Assembly (NCBI GenBank): GCA_964640175.1
Contig: CAZXFW010000001.1
Span: forward strand, 160,460-224,459
Direction of reading: 5' to 3'
From: an uncultured Polyangiales bacterium
GTDB taxonomy: Bacteria; Myxococcota_A; Polyangia; Polyangiales; GCA-016699535
DNA length: 64,000 bases
Shown here: piece by piece, positions 50,489-59,370 of the stretch
Position numbering within the stretch: position 1 is the stretch's first letter
Layout of the letters: every line of letters starts with the position of its first letter
Translations under genes and position numbers: made by a program
The notes under the pieces: generated by a model
What the model was told of the DNA's origin: nothing
Seen by the model: only the letters and a program-made list of their open reading frames with translations
The model's database searches: none

Positions 50489-51312
50489 GCAAAGGCGTTT
50501 CCAAAGACGTAGTCTGTTGGCTTTTGCGTCGTGTAAGCGCGCAAAATGACTTTGCCGTCCTCGTGCCAGCCTTCAACGATAAGTGTATCGCCGGGGTACA
50601 CTGGATTACGAAATTGGCCTTGCAAAGACGTAAGCTTGGTGGGGTCATCCCCACACGCGTGGTGCAACACCGCGCGTCCCACAATGCCGTAAGTACATAA
50701 ACCGTGTAGAATTGGGCCTCCAAAGCCCACCTTTTCACCCAAGGCAGGATCGGCATGCAAAGGATTGAGATCCCCACTTAGGCGGTAAAGCAATGCTTGC
50801 TCTGGGCTGATGGCCTGCTCAAACTGCCAGTCTGGAGCACGTTCGGGAGGCCTGACTTGTCCTCGCCGAGGCGGAGGCGAGCCTCCAAACCCACCATCGA
50901 GGCGATAGAGGATGGACCATTCGGTTTCAGCAAGCAGAGTTCCAGACTCATTGCGGGTTTCGGTCGTGATGATGGCTTGTGCCATACGCTTGAGGTCGTA
51001 AAGACCGCTCACTTTGCCAATGGTTTTGACAGTGCCGGCGGGTGCAAAAGGCTGATGCAGGCTGATGCGTTGGCTTCCGTGCACCACACCCTCAAGATTG
51101 CCCCCAATGCCCGCAAATAAAGCTTCCGCGGCGGCAAATGCGGGCACTACGGCAAAGGTGGGCATGACTTTGGGGCCCCGGCCTTCATAGAGAAAATCGA
51201 GTTCTTCGCGTGTGGCCCCAATGCCTAGCGCATAAAGCACGGCGTCTTGCCACCGGTAGCTGTAGAGCAGCTCAGGGGTGGTTTTGCCTAAGGCCTGAGG
51301 ATTGAGGGCCAT
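50473..51312 (-). CDS. MaoC-family (R)-specific enoyl-CoA hydratase, double hot-dog
   Basis: The SGDLNPLHADPALGEKVGFGGPILHGLCTYG motif is typical of hydratase-2/MaoC dehydratases. Confidence 0.8.
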   Translation of the reverse strand: MALNPQALGKTTPELLYSYRWQDAVLYALGIGATREELDFLYEGRGPKVMPTFAVVPAFAAAEALFAGIGGNLEGVVHGSQRISLHQPFAPAGTVKTIGKVSGLYDLKRMAQAIITTETRNESGTLLAETEWSILYRLDGGFGGSPPPRRGQVRPPERAPDWQFEQAISPEQALLYRLSGDLNPLHADPALGEKVGFGGPILHGLCTYGIVGRAVLHHACGDDPTKLTSLQGQFRNPVYPGDTLIVEGWHEDGKVILRAYTTQKPTDYVFGNAFAQYTK

Positions 51313-51323
51313 AGGGTCCGAAC

Positions 51324-51557
51324 CTAAAACCGGGTATCAAACTGCCGAACGCGTTTGCGCCTACGACGGGCAGCTTCAGCCGATTTTTTACGCTTTTTGA
51401 CCGATGGCTTCATGTAATGACGGCGCCGCTTAAGCTCGCGTAAAATGCCTTCAGAGGCCATTTTGCGCTTCAGGTGCTTGATTGCGCGGTCCACCCCTCG
51501 GTCGCCTACGATAATCTCAAGAGGTCTGGATTCCACCGGTTCGGGAGCATCTACCAT
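51324..51557 (-). CDS. rpsU: 30S ribosomal protein S21
   Basis: VDRAIKHLKRKMASEGILRELKRRRHYMKPSVKKRKKSAEAARRR matches the S21 pattern. It carries a short N-terminal extension. Confidence 0.85.
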   Translation of the reverse strand: MVDAPEPVESRPLEIIVGDRGVDRAIKHLKRKMASEGILRELKRRRHYMKPSVKKRKKSAEAARRRRKRVRQFDTRF

Positions 51558-51781
51558 GTTTAAGTCACCACCTTACAGCCGGGTCAGAGCCCGCTCACAC
51601 GTCAAGGGTGCGCACCCTGCCACAAACTCGGGCAAACGGCAAGTCAGCGCCTAGAGGCGTTCCAGAAAGGGATTGGCTGGTGCGCACGAGAGGAACCACC
51701 GGCAACGATCGAGCCAGGCGCTTAGCGCTCAGCAATTCATGCGCGTGGATCTTGGGGTATGGCCGATTTAAGCAATGACTA

Positions 51782-52549
51782 TCACTTTGAGGATTGCCAG
51801 ATAAACTCAGGTGGCTTTCCTGCAACCACTTGGGTTTCGATTGCGCGTGCCGCTTGGCTGCCTGGTTCAAAACGCACCACAGGACATGTAGAGCCTGTAC
51901 AGTTTTTTGCCTCAGCGATCGCGTCAAAGTCCACATCGAGCAGCCATGATGCGGGATCAACCTGCACAAGAAGATGATCTCCCATGTGGATCGCATGCTC
52001 AAATGTCACTGCGTCGCTACCGCTTCGCACAACAGGTATGCCCTGTTCTGTCGCTTCCTCTTGCTGAAAAACCAGCTCGGCGACAAATGGGATCGTGGTT
52101 TGATCCAGCACTGCCTTGCCCACCAGCCGTAACGAGTTGTTACCCAGCACTTGCGCTGCGTCCGTCACGAGAGGCTCTGACTGGGTGAGCAATGAAACAA
52201 ACCCAAGATCGTACATCCAGGAACGAACGAAACCCGAGATGGCATTCATTTCGCCCGCAGGTACCGGTATTGGATCGAGTGTGTTGACGATGGTAGCGCT
52301 TGTCCATTCGGCTTGCGCCGTCTCGCACAGCTCGCCCGCTTGCACTCCCGCACAAAGATAGAGCGGACCAAAAACAAGCCAGGCCTGATCAAGCTCAGTC
52401 TGCCAACCATTCCGGCCCACGACCGGTGCATCTTGCTGCACGCCGCTTACCGAAAGCGAAATACCAACACGCTCCTGACCGGTGTCAACGCAGCCAACCC
52501 AGCCAGGAACGAATGCAAACAGCAAGGCTACTTGGACCACGTACTTCAT
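51782..52549 (-). CDS. lipoprotein, distant member of the DGW-lipoprotein family of this island
   Basis: Lipobox GWVGC. NGWQTELDQAWLVFGPLYL resembles DGWQVRFESYIAVLGDIHL of the 55224 gene. Start overlaps the stop of the TonB-dependent receptor gene by 4 nt. Confidence 0.5.
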   Translation of the reverse strand: MKYVVQVALLFAFVPGWVGCVDTGQERVGISLSVSGVQQDAPVVGRNGWQTELDQAWLVFGPLYLCAGVQAGELCETAQAEWTSATIVNTLDPIPVPAGEMNAISGFVRSWMYDLGFVSLLTQSEPLVTDAAQVLGNNSLRLVGKAVLDQTTIPFVAELVFQQEEATEQGIPVVRSGSDAVTFEHAIHMGDHLLVQVDPASWLLDVDFDAIAEAKNCTGSTCPVVRFEPGSQAARAIETQVVAGKPPEFIWQSSK

Positions 52550-55122
52550 AGGCGGATCTCCAGGGTGGCCATGATCGTACGCGGCGCGCCTGCAGAAATA
52601 TGGCGGGCCGGCACTCGTGACGGCATGCCACTCGGATTCCAGTTCGAAACAAAGTTGTATTCGAGGGCAGCATACCGATCGTCAAACAGATTAAAAATCT
52701 CTAGTCCCAGCTCAACGTTACGCCAGCCAACACCTACGGAGGCGTCAAACAGAGAGACCACCGACGCAAAATCGCCGTGCGGTAGCGGTCGAGACGACAA
52801 CAACGAGTAGCCTATGCCTGCACGGCCCCGCAGATCTGCTGCGTACACATCTCTCACTAAACGGCCCTTGGCCCCCAAATCTAAACGCAACACCAAGGGC
52901 GGTATGTAGGGCAGATTCTGCCCCTCTTTGAATGCAGGTTGAGGATTTTGAGCCGTCGCTGGAGGCGGTTCTAGAAGCTCTGCATCCACGTAAGTAATAG
53001 ACGCTGCACCCAATAGCCATGGGTACGGTTGTGTTTTGGCGTAAAGCACCGTGCCTGCCCGGCGCGTCTCGCCGATGCGTTCGGCGCGCCCTTCTGAAGC
53101 ATCAAAAGCAATGTCATCGGATAGCCACGTGTAAAAGCCGGTAAGAGAAAGCTCCAAGCGCTCATCCCAGCGCATGCGCACACCCACATCGCCAGAGCGT
53201 ACCTTGGTAAAAGGCGCTTGTTCACCGTCCTCAAGCGTACGTGCTTGAGGTGAACGATATCCTTCACCGTAGGCGCCAAGCAACGACACCCACTTTTGTA
53301 ACTTGATCTCGGTACTCGCACGTGGCCCCCAGGCGAGGCCAAACGACGTGCGTTCAAAGCCCGTGATATAGGTATCGTCTGGCCGCGTAAGCGGTGCAAG
53401 ATTGCCCAGCTTGTCATTCACATCATAGTAAAGTGCATCCGCCCGCAACCCCGCGCGCACGTTCACAAAAGGTGTCAATGACCAATCCAGATCGCCCCAC
53501 ATGCCAAGGTCTACCCCCTGAATCTGCGCATCCACACGCTTATCCCAGATCTGGTTGTGTACCGCTGCATCGAGCAGGGCTTGGGTTTGATCAATAGAGT
53601 CCATACGTCCGGTGAGACCAAGCTCCAGTGTCCCCTGCGCCCATGACGCGGGCCGATACGGCGCCGTACGGTAGCGGCCGTGCAGGCCAAGCGATGTTGT
53701 GCGATTGTTTTGCGCGATCAAATCGCCGCGACCCGATACATTCTCCAGAGTCTGGGAACGCTGGGTAAATCCAGTGAAGTTTTCGTGAAGCTGAAAGTTA
53801 TCGTAACTGAGCCATGCACCCGCCTCGGCGTTATCGCCCGCTGTGCCGCGGTACTCCGCAGTCAACCCCGCCATGAGGCGCCCGCTCAGTGCATTTTGCT
53901 TCTGGGCTGTGGGCAATGGATACACATCGTAGAATCCCACGCTGCCTGCATCGATGTCGTCTTTTCGCAACACACCGGCCATGTCTGCCCGCGAACCATA
54001 GAGCACGCCAAGGGCACGATAGCGCCAACGTTTGGAACCAAACGTATGCTGGAAAATGCCGCTTGCACTTTGACCCGCGCGATTTTGTCCAAAGCCATCG
54101 GTACGGCGGTATTGCACGGCACCGAACGACTCCGAAGATAAGTCCGGTGGAGCCCACAACGCGAGTTGACGAAACGTGTTAAACGACCCGTAGCCTGACT
54201 TAAGCAAGACGCCGCGCTCTTTCACACCAAGATCAAAATCTACCGTTCCTGCGACGGCAAAATCACCTTGGCGCGGATCGTACACACCTTCGGTGATGCG
54301 TAGGTTTTGAACAACTTCGGACATCAAAAACCCGAGATCGGCATAGCCTTGGCTGTGAATATGAGACGGCAAATTGATCGGAAGTCCACCGACACGCAAT
54401 TCCAAATCCTGACCATGCTCCGCATCGAAGCCACGCAGCATGATATTGTGCGCAACGGCATCGCCCTCTGAGCGCGCGATATAGACTCCGGGAGCTGAGC
54501 GCAAAATTTCTGCGCCTTCGGCATGGGGCGCAGCTCGCAACACCTCGCTATCAATCCGAAAATGACTGCTGCTGCGATTCTCGGTGCGCAGTGTAGTGGG
54601 ATCGACTCGAGCGGTGGCGCTGTACGCCTTCTTTTTTGGCACCGGCTTGAGATGCGGATCGGCGACCATGTGCGTGGGCGGATGTTCATCGCGTGCTGCA
54701 CCTGAAGCGCCGGGCTCTGTTGTCGCCAAGTCAAACAGCGGTAGCTCAAAATGCACGGCCACATGAACGCGGCTGGCGACTGGCTGATCACCCTGGCGAG
54801 CAGGCGCAAACTTCCAACTGCGCAGAGCTTGCAGCGCGGCACGATCAAAATCGGCGCCTGCCGAATGCTCCACCTTGGTAGCCATGATCTGCCCCGTTTC
54901 ACTGAGAACCACCTCAATCATCACCGTGGGGTGCAATCCCTCCTTGATCCGTGCAGGCGGATACTCAGGTGGCGGCGCCTCTAACAAGCGGGGCGGCTCC
55001 AAAGCCAGCTTATCTACGCTAGGCGAAGGAGCTTGCTGTGCCATTGCCCCCTGAGGTAGCCAAGGGCCAATCGTGATGCTCAGAAGCAGCCAACCGTGCA
55101 GTTTTGGACGGCAATTCCACAT
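52546..55122 (-). CDS. TonB-dependent receptor-like outer-membrane protein with N-terminal TonB_C domain
   Basis: The N-terminus after the signal peptide carries a TonB C-terminal-type domain (PEYPPARIKEGLHPTVMIEVVLSETGQIMATKVEHSAGADFDRAALQALRSWKFAPA). This is followed by a plug-like region (ILRSAPGVYIARSEGDAVAHNIMLRGFD) and an approximately 600-aa beta-rich barrel. Confidence 0.75.
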   Translation of the reverse strand: MWNCRPKLHGWLLLSITIGPWLPQGAMAQQAPSPSVDKLALEPPRLLEAPPPEYPPARIKEGLHPTVMIEVVLSETGQIMATKVEHSAGADFDRAALQALRSWKFAPARQGDQPVASRVHVAVHFELPLFDLATTEPGASGAARDEHPPTHMVADPHLKPVPKKKAYSATARVDPTTLRTENRSSSHFRIDSEVLRAAPHAEGAEILRSAPGVYIARSEGDAVAHNIMLRGFDAEHGQDLELRVGGLPINLPSHIHSQGYADLGFLMSEVVQNLRITEGVYDPRQGDFAVAGTVDFDLGVKERGVLLKSGYGSFNTFRQLALWAPPDLSSESFGAVQYRRTDGFGQNRAGQSASGIFQHTFGSKRWRYRALGVLYGSRADMAGVLRKDDIDAGSVGFYDVYPLPTAQKQNALSGRLMAGLTAEYRGTAGDNAEAGAWLSYDNFQLHENFTGFTQRSQTLENVSGRGDLIAQNNRTTSLGLHGRYRTAPYRPASWAQGTLELGLTGRMDSIDQTQALLDAAVHNQIWDKRVDAQIQGVDLGMWGDLDWSLTPFVNVRAGLRADALYYDVNDKLGNLAPLTRPDDTYITGFERTSFGLAWGPRASTEIKLQKWVSLLGAYGEGYRSPQARTLEDGEQAPFTKVRSGDVGVRMRWDERLELSLTGFYTWLSDDIAFDASEGRAERIGETRRAGTVLYAKTQPYPWLLGAASITYVDAELLEPPPATAQNPQPAFKEGQNLPYIPPLVLRLDLGAKGRLVRDVYAADLRGRAGIGYSLLSSRPLPHGDFASVVSLFDASVGVGWRNVELGLEIFNLFDDRYAALEYNFVSNWNPSGMPSRVPARHISAGAPRTIMATLEIRL

Positions 55123-55157
55123 ACGTAATGCCCAGGGCTATCGTATTTTTAGTCCGT

Positions 55158-55174
55158 TTGCAACGTACTTGCAT
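55158..55174. promoter_or_regulatory. TTGCAA-N5-TTGCAT operator (copy b), divergent promoter region
   Basis: TTGCAACGTACTTGCAT, in the 101-bp spacer between the receptor gene (55122, minus strand) and the lipoprotein gene (55224, plus strand). Confidence 0.5.
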
Positions 55175-55223
55175 TAGTAATTCAATTGCGTTAACTTACG
55201 GCTCCATGTCGAATAGGGAGACG

Positions 55224-56192
55224 ATGATGGACCGTATTAAATGGATAACGCTCTGGTCTTTGCTTGGGATTTTGGCGTGTGGCGACGATTCCGGCGGGGG
55301 CACGCTGACCGTTGCGATTGAAGCAGAGGACTCCATCACCAGCGGCCTCGATCCAGGAGCGGAAGTCGAAAACATTCAAGATGGCTGGCAGGTGCGTTTT
55401 GAGTCTTACATCGCAGTGCTTGGAGACATCCACTTAAACTTTGCAACCGATGCCACCACGGAAGCGCACGCAGAGCAACTGTATGCCGTGGATTTGACTT
55501 CCGTGCCTCAAAATGGATTAGCACTATGGACAGTTCCGGCTTTGAAGGCAGGAGACTGGAATTTCAGTTATGCCTTAGGTGATGGCAGTCTCGCTGAGCC
55601 GCATGCAAGCGTGAGCGAAGAGGCCTTTGCGCAGATCAGCGAGCAGGATTTGACGTATATGATCACCGGAACGCTTTCTAAAACGGATGGTGAGTCATGT
55701 CCGCCAAACAGCCTCGCCGAGCCCGGCTCTGCCACACCCGTTGGCACCAACGCTGGCGGCGATCACTGCTACACCAACGCGGCTGTGAAGTTTAGTATTT
55801 CACTCAATGCCGAGACCCACTACACCTTCTGCGGCCTGGACGATGCAAAGAGCTTCAATATGCCCACGGCTGGCACGCAACACGTGGCCATCACCATCCA
55901 TGGCGACCACATGTTTTTCAATGGTTTTCCTGAGGGCGACGAGGGCGGCACCTTGCGCCTTGCACAGTGGCTCGCGGATTGTGATTTGAATCTCGACGGA
56001 CAGGTAGATATGGATGAACTTGCGCAGATTGCGCCCGCAGACTTGTCCGAGCTTGATGACCGCTACCAATTGGGAGGCTCCAGCATCGAGCTCGACACCA
56101 TGCAAGACTATGTAAAGGCACAACTTAAAACGCAGGGGCACATCCAGGGCGAAGGCGAATGCGCCATCGATGGCCAATCCCACCACCACTAA
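55224..56192 (+). CDS. lipoprotein of the DGW family with EF-hand-like loop and His-rich C-terminus
   Basis: Lipobox GILAC. Clear paralogue of the 63376 ORF: DGWQVRFESYIAVLGD vs DGWEVRFDKYVAVVGD; SCPPNSLAEPGS vs TCPPPDVAEPGS. Has a DLNLDGQVDMDE EF-hand-type loop and ends GQSHHH. Start 55224 or 55227. Confidence 0.55.
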   Translation: MMDRIKWITLWSLLGILACGDDSGGGTLTVAIEAEDSITSGLDPGAEVENIQDGWQVRFESYIAVLGDIHLNFATDATTEAHAEQLYAVDLTSVPQNGLALWTVPALKAGDWNFSYALGDGSLAEPHASVSEEAFAQISEQDLTYMITGTLSKTDGESCPPNSLAEPGSATPVGTNAGGDHCYTNAAVKFSISLNAETHYTFCGLDDAKSFNMPTAGTQHVAITIHGDHMFFNGFPEGDEGGTLRLAQWLADCDLNLDGQVDMDELAQIAPADLSELDDRYQLGGSSIELDTMQDYVKAQLKTQGHIQGEGECAIDGQSHHH

Positions 56193-56246
56193 TCCGGGGG
56201 ATTATTCAGCGTGGCCAAAACCCCACTGATCGCAAGAAAATTTGCC

Positions 56247-56687
56247 CTACGTTCTTCGGCGGCATGAGGCACATTTGCCGGTGATCTCGAGTTCGTTATC
56301 TTTGAACGCCTTGCTCCACTTGGGATCTTGGAGTGTCTGAAGAATCTCTGGAGGTACGCACTCAACTTGTCCACATACGCGGCACGCAAAATGCGGATGG
56401 TGGTGCAAGTCCTCAGACTCCCCCACGTATTGGTAGCGGACGATTCCTCCAATGCGGCTGGCAACACGTGCCAAGTTGACCTCTACCAAGTCAGTTAAGT
56501 TTCGATACAACGTAGACTGATCCCAGTCGTCCGTTCCTAGGTGTGTCGCGACGTCCCTCTGTGACAATGGTTTTTTCGCTTCTTTGAGCAATCGAAGCAC
56601 CGCTACTCGGGGCGCGGTAGCGCGCAGCCCCTTGTCCCGTATCTTTTCTCGGAACGCCTCTTTTTTGCTTCCTGTCGATGGCACCAC
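56247..56687 (-). CDS. Fur-family metalloregulator (metal specificity unknown)
   Basis: Winged-helix region (GLRATAPRVAVLRLL), an HHHPHF metal-site stretch, and CRVC...CASC structural-Zn cysteines. GTG 56687 is preferred because the ORF-track N-terminus (to 56735) would be encoded by the operator repeats. Confidence 0.8.
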   Translation of the reverse strand: MVPSTGSKKEAFREKIRDKGLRATAPRVAVLRLLKEAKKPLSQRDVATHLGTDDWDQSTLYRNLTDLVEVNLARVASRIGGIVRYQYVGESEDLHHHPHFACRVCGQVECVPPEILQTLQDPKWSKAFKDNELEITGKCASCRRRT

Positions 56688-56699
56688 AACAGAAGCATT

Positions 56700-56724
56700 A
56701 TTGCATTTGCAAACCAAATGCAAT
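56700..56724. promoter_or_regulatory. operator (copy a) in the fur-family gene promoter
   Basis: ATTGCATTTG-CAAAC-CAAATGCAAT is a perfect 10-bp inverted repeat. It contains TTGCAA-ACCAA-ATGCAA (56707-56723). Confidence 0.5.
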
Positions 56725-56806
56725 GCAATTTTCACGCCAGAATTGATTAATCATGCCGAGGAGCCGTGTTTAATGCAATCAATATGCTTTTGCTATCTAA
56801 AGCCTA

Positions 56807-56823
56807 TTGCAATCTACTTGCAT
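56807..56823. promoter_or_regulatory. TTGCAA-N5-TTGCAT operator (copy c)
   Basis: TTGCAATCTACTTGCAT followed by a TATGCT -10-like hexamer. It lies about 18 bp upstream of ATG 56841. Confidence 0.55.
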
Positions 56824-56840
56824 TATGCTAAGTGTCTGCC

Positions 56841-57185
56841 ATGAAGCAACACGCCGGCCCTCTCAGCATAGTCATAGTCGCGATTCTGTTCTTTACGGCT
56901 TGTGAAGCACCGCAGGTTGTTCACGATGACCTAGCATTCGATCCAGCGGCGATTGAAAATATTGAATTGCCACCCGAGGTCATCAAAGTGATCTGTGGTG
57001 TGGCTGGTGGCACGATTCTTGTTGGCTTTGTGGGCTGGCTCCTAGAGAACTACGGAGAAGGCGTGGTTGCTGAGTATCTTTCCGTAAGGCATGCAGTGGG
57101 ATCAGATGCATACTGGCGTGCTAGGGCGGCATTTTTGCGGACCTCGACGATGACGCGCTGGACCTCATTAAACCAACTTTACTAG
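56841..57185 (+). CDS. small lipoprotein/membrane protein, possibly the 5' part of a frameshifted longer gene
   Basis: Lipobox LFFTAC, then a TM helix (VICGVAGGTILVGFVGWLL). The downstream ORF's frame is already open from 57125. Confidence 0.4.
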   Translation: MKQHAGPLSIVIVAILFFTACEAPQVVHDDLAFDPAAIENIELPPEVIKVICGVAGGTILVGFVGWLLENYGEGVVAEYLSVRHAVGSDAYWRARAAFLRTSTMTRWTSLNQLY

Positions 57186-57220
57186 AAGTCGAAGACCTTA
57201 CTGCGAACGTTGAAACAGCC

Positions 57221-58405
57221 GTGGGCGGCCAATCCTTTCTTGATCATCACGCGCATTTCCACAGCGAGGATGACGGGCCTGATCACCACCATCATCACCA
57301 CGATTCCGATCCGCTGGGTGTGCCCGAACGTAACACCGTGACCAGCTATCTTGGGGCGATGCGCCAGCAGCGGCCGGATTTTCTGCAAGGCTTTAGCGAT
57401 GCCGAAGTCATCGCGCTTGTGGAAATTCGGCGAGGCGCAACTGCCACCGTTGCGTATCAGGATTTGTCTGCCGCGTTGACGCAGTTGGCGGTGCGCAGCG
57501 GTTTTGCTGAGCAAAGCTTGATACATTTGTCCCCCACAGCCAATGATGCTTTGGTGATCAACGGTCTGATGAGCGAACTACATGACAGCGTTCATCATGC
57601 TGCCGATGCGATTGATGCAAAGCGAAGCCGATCTGCCATGCTTCGTGAGGTGTTGTTCTCCGTCGCCACGGGCTTTTTCGATTTGCTTTACAACCATCTT
57701 CCAACTTGGCTGTTTGGACCGAAATCAAGGCCGGTGATGCGTTCAACCCGCGTGGCCAACTTTTTCTTCCACTGGTTTCCTTTCATTCCAGGAGCAGCGA
57801 CTGGAGCCCTTGGTTTTCTGAAATGTCCCCAATTTCAACCCACTGTCACAGCCGACCAACTTTGCGTCGCAGCCGGAGAACTTGCGGGGGTTCCGGTCGC
57901 CTACCACACTGCATTTCACGAAAGTTACTTTGCAGAAGCCAAAAATCAGAGCCTTTACATCAATTTGCAAGGCCCCTCAGAAAGCGCTTCTATCGTGGAA
58001 CGTTTTGAGCTCACCCCTGCCCACGAAAACGATCGGCTCATTTGGCGATACCGCTCACCGAGTTGTGATGAGCAAAGTTCAACGGAAACCTGCCATGAGC
58101 TGGAGGCCAGAGGGGTATCCATTCGAGATATCTTAAGGGAGAGTTCGGATCTGAGCGAAGACGCAATTCAAGCATTGCCTCAAGAATACCGATTGCAAAT
58201 CAGTCATCGCTATTCGGGTGAGTTTGTAGAGCAAACGAACGAAAACATGGTTTCCGAATGTCTTGAGATTCCCGGATCGGAAGATCTCGAACGCGATTGT
58301 TCGCCCTTTTCGCAGGGACACGTATGCATCCCGGGCACACCCAGCGCAGAACAATGCTGTAACTACTGCCATGCGCTCCCCGGCGTAGGCGGTCACTGCC
58401 ACTGA
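57221..58405 (+). CDS. His-rich / C-terminally Cys-rich protein, unknown function
   Basis: N-terminus DHHAHFHSEDDGPDHHHHHHDSD. C-terminus CSPFSQGHVCIPGTPSAEQCCNYCHALPGVGGHCH. GTG start with no signal peptide of its own. Confidence 0.5.
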   Translation: MGGQSFLDHHAHFHSEDDGPDHHHHHHDSDPLGVPERNTVTSYLGAMRQQRPDFLQGFSDAEVIALVEIRRGATATVAYQDLSAALTQLAVRSGFAEQSLIHLSPTANDALVINGLMSELHDSVHHAADAIDAKRSRSAMLREVLFSVATGFFDLLYNHLPTWLFGPKSRPVMRSTRVANFFFHWFPFIPGAATGALGFLKCPQFQPTVTADQLCVAAGELAGVPVAYHTAFHESYFAEAKNQSLYINLQGPSESASIVERFELTPAHENDRLIWRYRSPSCDEQSSTETCHELEARGVSIRDILRESSDLSEDAIQALPQEYRLQISHRYSGEFVEQTNENMVSECLEIPGSEDLERDCSPFSQGHVCIPGTPSAEQCCNYCHALPGVGGHCH

Positions 58406-58469
58406 GTCGGAGGGGCTATGGAATCTGCCCGTCGGCTACTTTTTGGATGGCTGCTGATGTCATGCGCAG

Positions 58470-59171
58470 GTGCAGTGCGCCGCTGAAAACGCATCGCCCG
58501 AGAAACGCACCGCCTATTTCAACGCCTTGAAATCAGAAATGCTGGCGCAGCTCCGCTCCGCAGACAAACTCGGCCACGAGCAACAAAAAATCTATGGAAG
58601 TCCTGATTTCTCCGGTTACGATGCAAACTTCGAAGAGCAGGCCCGTACCGACTTTCATATCCTGAAAAGCGCAGCCAGTCGCCAAAAAAACCTTGATGAG
58701 CTCATTCAAACGCATAGCCTCAAAGCACAGCAAGCAAGTTTTGTGCAGCAAAACATCAATTTCTATTTGTTTTCTGAAAATGGGCGAAGTGAATGGCAAA
58801 ACTATCGTTTCGCAGCGGAGCGAAGCATCATCGAATCGCTCAGCGCCCTCTACGATGTTGCGGTGTTGGACCAGGGGAAACAGTTGGTCTGGGACGGAAC
58901 TTTAAACGAGGGGCATGGCGGCATTGTGCGCGAAACGTTTACTGGAAGCTGCGGCCAGAGCCACCACTGCTTGGATTTGCAGCGTGATATTCGCTACGTA
59001 CTCGACTCACCGATAGACGCCGAACATGTCCGCTTCAGCCGTCTCGCACACATCTCGCGTCACATTCAAAGCGAAGTGGAGCAACTAAAAATTGTGGCGG
59101 GTGAAGAAGATCTCTACTTTCCCATATTGCTCGCGAAAATTTCGTGGAACAAACGACTCGGCAATGGATGA
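58470..59171 (+). CDS. hypothetical protein (possibly a frameshifted lipoprotein)
   Basis: 233-aa ORF with a GTG start and no family motif. A lipoprotein signal peptide is encoded out of frame just upstream (58418-58486). Confidence 0.4.
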   Translation: MQCAAENASPEKRTAYFNALKSEMLAQLRSADKLGHEQQKIYGSPDFSGYDANFEEQARTDFHILKSAASRQKNLDELIQTHSLKAQQASFVQQNINFYLFSENGRSEWQNYRFAAERSIIESLSALYDVAVLDQGKQLVWDGTLNEGHGGIVRETFTGSCGQSHHCLDLQRDIRYVLDSPIDAEHVRFSRLAHISRHIQSEVEQLKIVAGEEDLYFPILLAKISWNKRLGNG

Positions 59172-59358
59172 AAAAAGCGCGGCCTTACTTGCAAGTTACG
59201 ATTCCGTGCGTATTCGGATACTCGAGCACGCACCAGAGTTTGCTGCCGTCGATTGTGTGATTAGTTCAGAAACCACCTGGCAAGAACGTATAGACATCAT
59301 TGAGTCTCATGTGTGGACAGCCGTTGACGGCCTGCTTCTCGGCGTGGACGATCTATGA
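59164..59358 (+). CDS. small hypothetical protein (64 aa)
   Basis: ATG 59164 overlaps the upstream stop (ATGGATGA), which suggests translational coupling. No recognisable motif. Confidence 0.3.
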   Translation: MDEKSAALLASYDSVRIRILEHAPEFAAVDCVISSETTWQERIDIIESHVWTAVDGLLLGVDDL

Positions 59359-59370
59359 CGCATCCATGCA

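Noticed and set aside
51606-51617. 12-bp palindrome GGGTGCGCACCC, with a second GGTGCGCAC at about 51678, upstream of rpsU
   Set aside because: Short GC-rich palindromes of this size are expected by chance. No loop for a terminator and no associated pattern could be established.
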